Source: Oscillospiraceae bacterium | GTDB lineage: Bacteria > Bacillota > Clostridia > Oscillospirales > CAG-272 | DNA length: 64,000 nt | NCBI GenBank assembly: GCA_015064255.1 | Contig: SVSP01000008.1 | Coordinates: 1,352-65,351 of the forward strand | Reading direction: 5' to 3' | Shown here: positions 63,495 to 64,000 of the stretch, in pieces | Layout of the letters: each line of letters opens with the position of its first letter | Position numbering within the stretch: the stretch's first letter is position 1 | Translations under genes and position numbers: made by a program | Notes under the pieces: model-generated | Seen by the model: the letters and a program-made list of their open reading frames with translations, nothing else | Told to the model about the DNA's origin: nothing | Database searches by the model: none

Positions 63495-64000
63495 ATGCCG
63501 CTTGAAATAGTAAGAAACGATATAACGAAAATGAATGTGGATGCAATTGTCAATGCCGCAAACGAGTCGCTGCTCGGCGGTGGAGGTGTTGACGGTGCGA
63601 TCCACCGCGCCGCAGGTGCCGGATTACTTGCAGAGTGCAGAATACTTGGCGGGTGTAAGACGGGCAAGGCGAAGATCACGGGCGGATATAATCTGCCTGC
63701 GAAGTATGTAATACATACCGTAGGTCCGATTTACGATGACGGAAAGCACGGAGAAAAAGCGTTGCTTGAATCCTGCTACCGCGAGTCCTTAGCTCTCGCA
63801 AAGGCGCACGAGTGTGAGACCGTGGCGTTTCCTCTTATATCTTCGGGTGTGTACGGATACCCCAAAGATCAAGCCTTGAAGGTTGCTATCGACGTTATCA
63901 GCGACTTTCTTCTTGAAAACGAAATGACCGTCTATATTGTCATATTCGATAAGGCTGCATATAAAATCAGCGAGAAGCTGTTCTCGGACATTGCCGAATA
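63495..64000 (+). CDS. macro-domain protein (O-acetyl-ADP-ribose deacetylase/ADP-ribose-binding), 3' end outside the window
   Basis: [34 protein letters not shown] and [12 protein letters not shown]. The frame stays open to the window end. Not in the ORF track because no stop codon is reached. Confidence 0.85.
   Translation, partial: MPLEIVRNDITKMNVDAIVNAANESLLGGGGVDGAIHRAAGAGLLAECRILGGCKTGKAKITGGYNLPAKYVIHTVGPIYDDGKHGEKALLESCYRESLALAKAHECETVAFPLISSGVYGYPKDQALKVAIDVISDFLLENEMTVYIVIFDKAAYKISEKLFSDIAE

Overview
This looks like a chromosomal segment of a Firmicute, probably Clostridia-like. That is an inference from GGAGG-type ribosome binding sites, TTGACA / TGnTATAAT promoters and hairpin plus T-run terminators. 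Housekeeping genes are interleaved with accessory genes: gpsA, a glmU-like/glmM/glmS cluster with a glmS ribozyme, a NifS-like desulfurase, glyQS, potABCD, a PPi-type phosphofructokinase, serC-serA, tRNA-Arg(CCT) and tRNA-Glu(CTC). I saw no rRNA, CRISPR array, transposase or integrase. Two regions stand out. (1) A carbohydrate locus of about 17.5 kb (13.06-30.6 kb). It starts with a MerR::FGGY-kinase fusion behind a MerR-style promoter (19-bp spacer with a dyad). It continues with a GH32-like hydrolase, a ~890-aa esterase-like protein, an XRE::PfkB-kinase fusion, a D-lyxose/mannose-type isomerase and a class II aldolase. It ends with three tandem 791-aa GH2 beta-mannosidase-like paralogs and a Cys-type sulfatase. 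None of these proteins has a signal peptide and no transporter is encoded in the locus. A repeated module (promoter plus an inverted repeat that captures the Shine-Dalgarno sequence) precedes GH2-C and again the sulfatase. (2) An ORF-free island of about 0.9 kb (55.66-56.58 kb). It has a promoter overlapped by a palindrome, a purine-rich transcript of about 0.5 kb containing SD-led mini-ORFs, and a long terminator. It lies just upstream of two large uncharacterised surface proteins. Smaller items include a structured Tyr-codon-rich leader with a terminator ahead of an acyl-CoA synthetase gene, recurrent terminator hairpin families, and a structured leader before an orphan Cys-rich protein. All functional calls come from motif recognition by eye, with no database search.
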